Origin: a virus
Taxonomy: Duplodnaviria > Caudoviricetes
Direction: 5' to 3' (one strand)
IMG/VR virus record: IMGVR_UViG_3300032225_001407
Span: 1 to 47,931 of that record
DNA length: 47,931 bases
The position numbers and the translations under genes were made by a program. The notes below the pieces were generated by a model. The model searched no databases. It saw only the letters and a program-made list of their open reading frames with translations, and was not told the origin of the DNA. Positions 45,169 through 47,931 of the stretch are shown here, piece after piece. Within the stretch, counting starts at the first letter, position 1. The number at the start of each line of letters is the position of its first letter.

Positions 45169-45620
45169 AAGACAAACTTAAAAAAGCCTATATGAAAACC
45201 GCAGAAACATTTGCGGAACTTAGTCATGCTCGCAGATTACATGTTGGTGCCATTGTGGTCAAAGATGATCGTATCATTAGTATTGGCTATAATGGTATGC
45301 CGGCAGGTTGGGATAACAACTGTGAAAGTGAAGAAACAGAATTCAATCTTGTTACCAAAACTAGAACAGGCACAGGTAAACTAACAACAAGACCAGAGGT
45401 ACTTCATGCTGAAACTAACGCCATTGCCAAGTTGGCTAAGTCTAACGAATCTGGTATGGGTGCTACTATGTTTATTACCCATGCTCCATGTTTGGACTGT
45501 GCCAAACTTATCTACCAAAGTGGTATTGGCAGTGTTCTATATAGGAACGCTTACAGGGATATTAGTGGTGTTACGTTTCTTGAACGATCTGGAATCCAAG
45601 TAGAACAAATTAATGTATAA
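45165..45620 (+). CDS. dCMP deaminase
   Basis: [24 protein letters not shown]. Confidence 0.93.
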   Translation: MKDKLKKAYMKTAETFAELSHARRLHVGAIVVKDDRIISIGYNGMPAGWDNNCESEETEFNLVTKTRTGTGKLTTRPEVLHAETNAIAKLAKSNESGMGATMFITHAPCLDCAKLIYQSGIGSVLYRNAYRDISGVTFLERSGIQVEQINV

Positions 45621-46326
45621 TCCAAAGTTTAACTATCATACTTTAAGTCGCACAAGCGAAGAAGGCAAGCGCCTGTATTCTACACCAGACGGCAGTCGGG
45701 TTCCTAGCGTAACAACTATCTTGGACAAAACTAAACCAGCTGAAGCAAAAGCCGCACTGGAACAATGGCGCAAGAATGTAGGCCATGCGAAGGCACAGCA
45801 GATTACTACAGAAGCTGCCAATCGCGGAACACGTATGCACACTTACTTGGAACATTATGTAAAAAATAATGAACTAAAAGAGCGTGGAACAAATCCGTTT
45901 GGCTGGGCCAGTCATGCCATGGCGCAGACTGTGATCGAAGATGGACTTGTAAATGTCGACGAGTTCTGGGGAGTAGAGATTCCTTTGTATTTTCCCAAAC
46001 TGTATGCCGGAACCACTGACTGTGTGGGCATACATCAAAAAGACGAAAGCATTCTAGACTTTAAACAAACCAACAAGCCCAAACAAGAATCTTGGATTAC
46101 TGACTACAAATTACAGCTAGTAGCCTATGCTCTAGCACACAATGAAGTCTACGGCACAAACATACGCAAAGGTGTAGTTCTTATGTGTGTTAAACCCCCT
46201 GTTGATGACATGGGCAATCCGCTTGCCCGTCCTGTTTATCAAGAATTCATACTAAAACCTGAGGATTTTGACTACTGGGCGGACCAATGGTGGCGCCGTT
46301 TAGAGCAGTATTACCTGCAGGCCTAA
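45613..46326 (+). CDS. PD-(D/E)XK exonuclease
   Basis: PSVTTIL, RGTRMH, E...YAGTTD...ILDFKQ, QLVAYALA. Confidence 0.88.
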   Translation: MYNPKFNYHTLSRTSEEGKRLYSTPDGSRVPSVTTILDKTKPAEAKAALEQWRKNVGHAKAQQITTEAANRGTRMHTYLEHYVKNNELKERGTNPFGWASHAMAQTVIEDGLVNVDEFWGVEIPLYFPKLYAGTTDCVGIHQKDESILDFKQTNKPKQESWITDYKLQLVAYALAHNEVYGTNIRKGVVLMCVKPPVDDMGNPLARPVYQEFILKPEDFDYWADQWWRRLEQYYLQA

Positions 46327-46363
46327 ATAGCTAAATACTGAATAGAATTCAAGGAAGACTAAA

Positions 46364-47931
46364 TTGGCCATTGTTCAAATATCCCAAATTACAAACCGTA
46401 AAGGTTTAGCAGAAAACCTACCACAACTAGCTGGCGCAGAGTTTGGTTGGAGTACCGACACACGTCAGCTCTGGATTGGCAATGGCACTCTTGAAGATGG
46501 CGCACCAGTTATTGGCAACACTGAAATATTAACAGAATTCAGTGATATTTTAAATTTCTCCACAACCTACACTTACAAAGGGTTGGCTGCTGGCTACGCA
46601 GTGCAAACTGGTCCTACTGCTGGTACGCCAATTGATTTGAGTTTACAAAGTTGGCTTGATCAATTTGCCAGTGTCCTAGATTTTGGCGCAGTAGGTGACG
46701 GTTCTACTGATTGCACTGATGCAATCAATCGTGCATTGTATCAATTATACTGCCGAGAAGTCAATCCACAAATTCGTCGTAGTTTATTTTTCCCAGCTGG
46801 TGTATATAAAGTAACCGGCACCATTAATATTCCTCCATATGCTACACTATACGGCGAAGGCAAAGATAATAGTGTAATTTCGTTATCTGCTAATCACGGT
46901 GGCGGAGTTTCTTATGTGGCCCAGACTGCTGATAGTCTACAACAAACCGGAGTCAACATTGGATCGGGCGGAACAACTCCACCACAAGATATTACCATTA
47001 CCAATCTTGGTTTTCAAAGTCTTGATGTATTGGCCAGTGCATTCTTGGTAGGACAAGCAACCAACTGCCGTTTCCAAAGCGTAGGATTCAATGGTGCTGG
47101 TACCGTAACAACATTAACATCCGATGCTGACAATACAAAGGGTGTTGATTTTTATACAACCGCTGCTTACTCATGTGAACAAATAGTGTTTGATGGATGC
47201 ATGTTTGGTGGAACAACGTACGGTATCAATACCAATGATGAAGTTCGTGGTGTTACAGTGTCAAACTCTCAATTTGACACATTGTACCAAGGTGTTGTAT
47301 TAGGAACAAGTCCGCCTTCGTTGGTTTCTCCAACTGGTATACGTATTACCAATAACTTTTTTAATAACATTTATGCCGAAGGCATAATTTTTGGACAGTA
47401 TTCTAATTTGAATGCATCAGCACAAAATATTTTCTATGATGTTGGAAATCATTTCTCAGGGTCCACAGCAGCTACTCCGGTTGTTACCTTTAACAATGGC
47501 AACAATGTCAGCATTAGCGATCTATTTGATCGCACGGATGCAATGGCCGCTAACTATCCTAGAGTATCTCTAGCCGTGCCAATCAATGTTGTGGCCTCTA
47601 CCAACGGTTCGCAGATTGTAGTGGCTACAGGAACTTATATAAGACAAAGCGGATCACAAACTGAATTGCTCAATGCTGACACCGACACAGTAGCCGAAGT
47701 GTCTACACTTCAAGCAACTGCATTTGAAATAAATTATAAAATTACACGCAATGACCTATACCGAGTTGGCACCATGGTCGTTGCTTCGGATGCTGCAGGT
47801 CCAACTTGGTCAGATGACTATGTCCAAAATGGCGATACTGGCATAACTTTGTCAGTCAGTCAGACTGACACTACCTTAAGTGTAATATACAGTGCTAGCA
47901 ATACTGGTATCAACGGAATAATCAATTATTC
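46364..47931 (+). CDS. Tail/baseplate-associated protein with Mtd_N-like N-terminus and pectin-lyase-like beta-helix (3' truncated)
   Basis: TTG start after AAGGA. Reads MAIVQISQITNRKG..ENLPQLAGAEFGWSTDTRQLWIGNG, then SVLDFGAVGDGSTDCTDAINRA...LFFPAGVYKV. Appears open to the window end; absent from the ORF track. Confidence 0.85.
   Translation, partial: MAIVQISQITNRKGLAENLPQLAGAEFGWSTDTRQLWIGNGTLEDGAPVIGNTEILTEFSDILNFSTTYTYKGLAAGYAVQTGPTAGTPIDLSLQSWLDQFASVLDFGAVGDGSTDCTDAINRALYQLYCREVNPQIRRSLFFPAGVYKVTGTINIPPYATLYGEGKDNSVISLSANHGGGVSYVAQTADSLQQTGVNIGSGGTTPPQDITITNLGFQSLDVLASAFLVGQATNCRFQSVGFNGAGTVTTLTSDADNTKGVDFYTTAAYSCEQIVFDGCMFGGTTYGINTNDEVRGVTVSNSQFDTLYQGVVLGTSPPSLVSPTGIRITNNFFNNIYAEGIIFGQYSNLNASAQNIFYDVGNHFSGSTAATPVVTFNNGNNVSISDLFDRTDAMAANYPRVSLAVPINVVASTNGSQIVVATGTYIRQSGSQTELLNADTDTVAEVSTLQATAFEINYKITRNDLYRVGTMVVASDAAGPTWSDDYVQNGDTGITLSVSQTDTTLSVIYSASNTGINGIINY

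Noticed and set aside
152-45855. The many other 60-145 aa alternative-frame and antisense ORFs in the track
   Set aside because: They overlap well-supported + strand genes and have no recognisable motifs or expression signals. Only 30545-30922 is supported on the minus strand.
45613-46326. Cas4 / CRISPR-associated nuclease
   Set aside because: Lacks the four-Cys Fe-S motif; an ordinary phage PD-(D/E)XK exonuclease.
46364-47931. Diversity-generating retroelement suggested by the Mtd_N-like domain
   Set aside because: No reverse transcriptase or template/variable repeat pair seen in the window, and Mtd_N-like domains are common in tail proteins.
1-47931. Stop-codon reassignment, tRNA genes
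   Set aside because: Genes are full length in the standard code and end in TAA, TGA or TAG. Intergenic gaps are short and no cloverleaf with a T-loop was recognised; tRNAscan-SE would confirm.

Overview
The window is a fragment of a large T4-related (Caudoviricetes, myovirus-like) phage genome. It uses the standard code and every supported gene but one lies on the + strand. The IscU/IscA sequences and sigma70 promoters point to a proteobacterial host, probably a betaproteobacterium (inference). Core genes: gp4-like head-completion nuclease (partial), small and large terminase, gp32 SSB, UvsX, UvsY, UvsW, a gp62-like protein, a 187-aa DnaE-like catalytic core, primase, gp41/DnaB helicase, dCMP deaminase, a PD-(D/E)XK exonuclease and structural genes. 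Three features stand out. (1) Several proteins have T4 internal-protein-like N-termini and repeated hydrophobic-X-Glu protease-type sites. One is a 1137-aa polyprotein whose C-terminal third is a string of glycine-zipper/amphipathic peptides separated by acidic spacers; another is a Pol-beta nucleotidyltransferase fused to a KxDG ligase-like domain. (2) Six radical SAM genes, plus 2OG-Fe(II) oxygenases, an SDR, sulfotransferase-like, methyltransferase, cytidylyltransferase and SGNH genes, are wedged between core genes, alongside phage-borne iscU/iscA. (3) There is a two-promoter code (GGTTG-N17-TATAAT and TAAATA), many apparently leaderless genes, and a structured gp32 leader. No tRNA, rRNA, CRISPR array, integrase or reverse transcriptase was seen. 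All calls are by-eye motif recognition; no database search was run.
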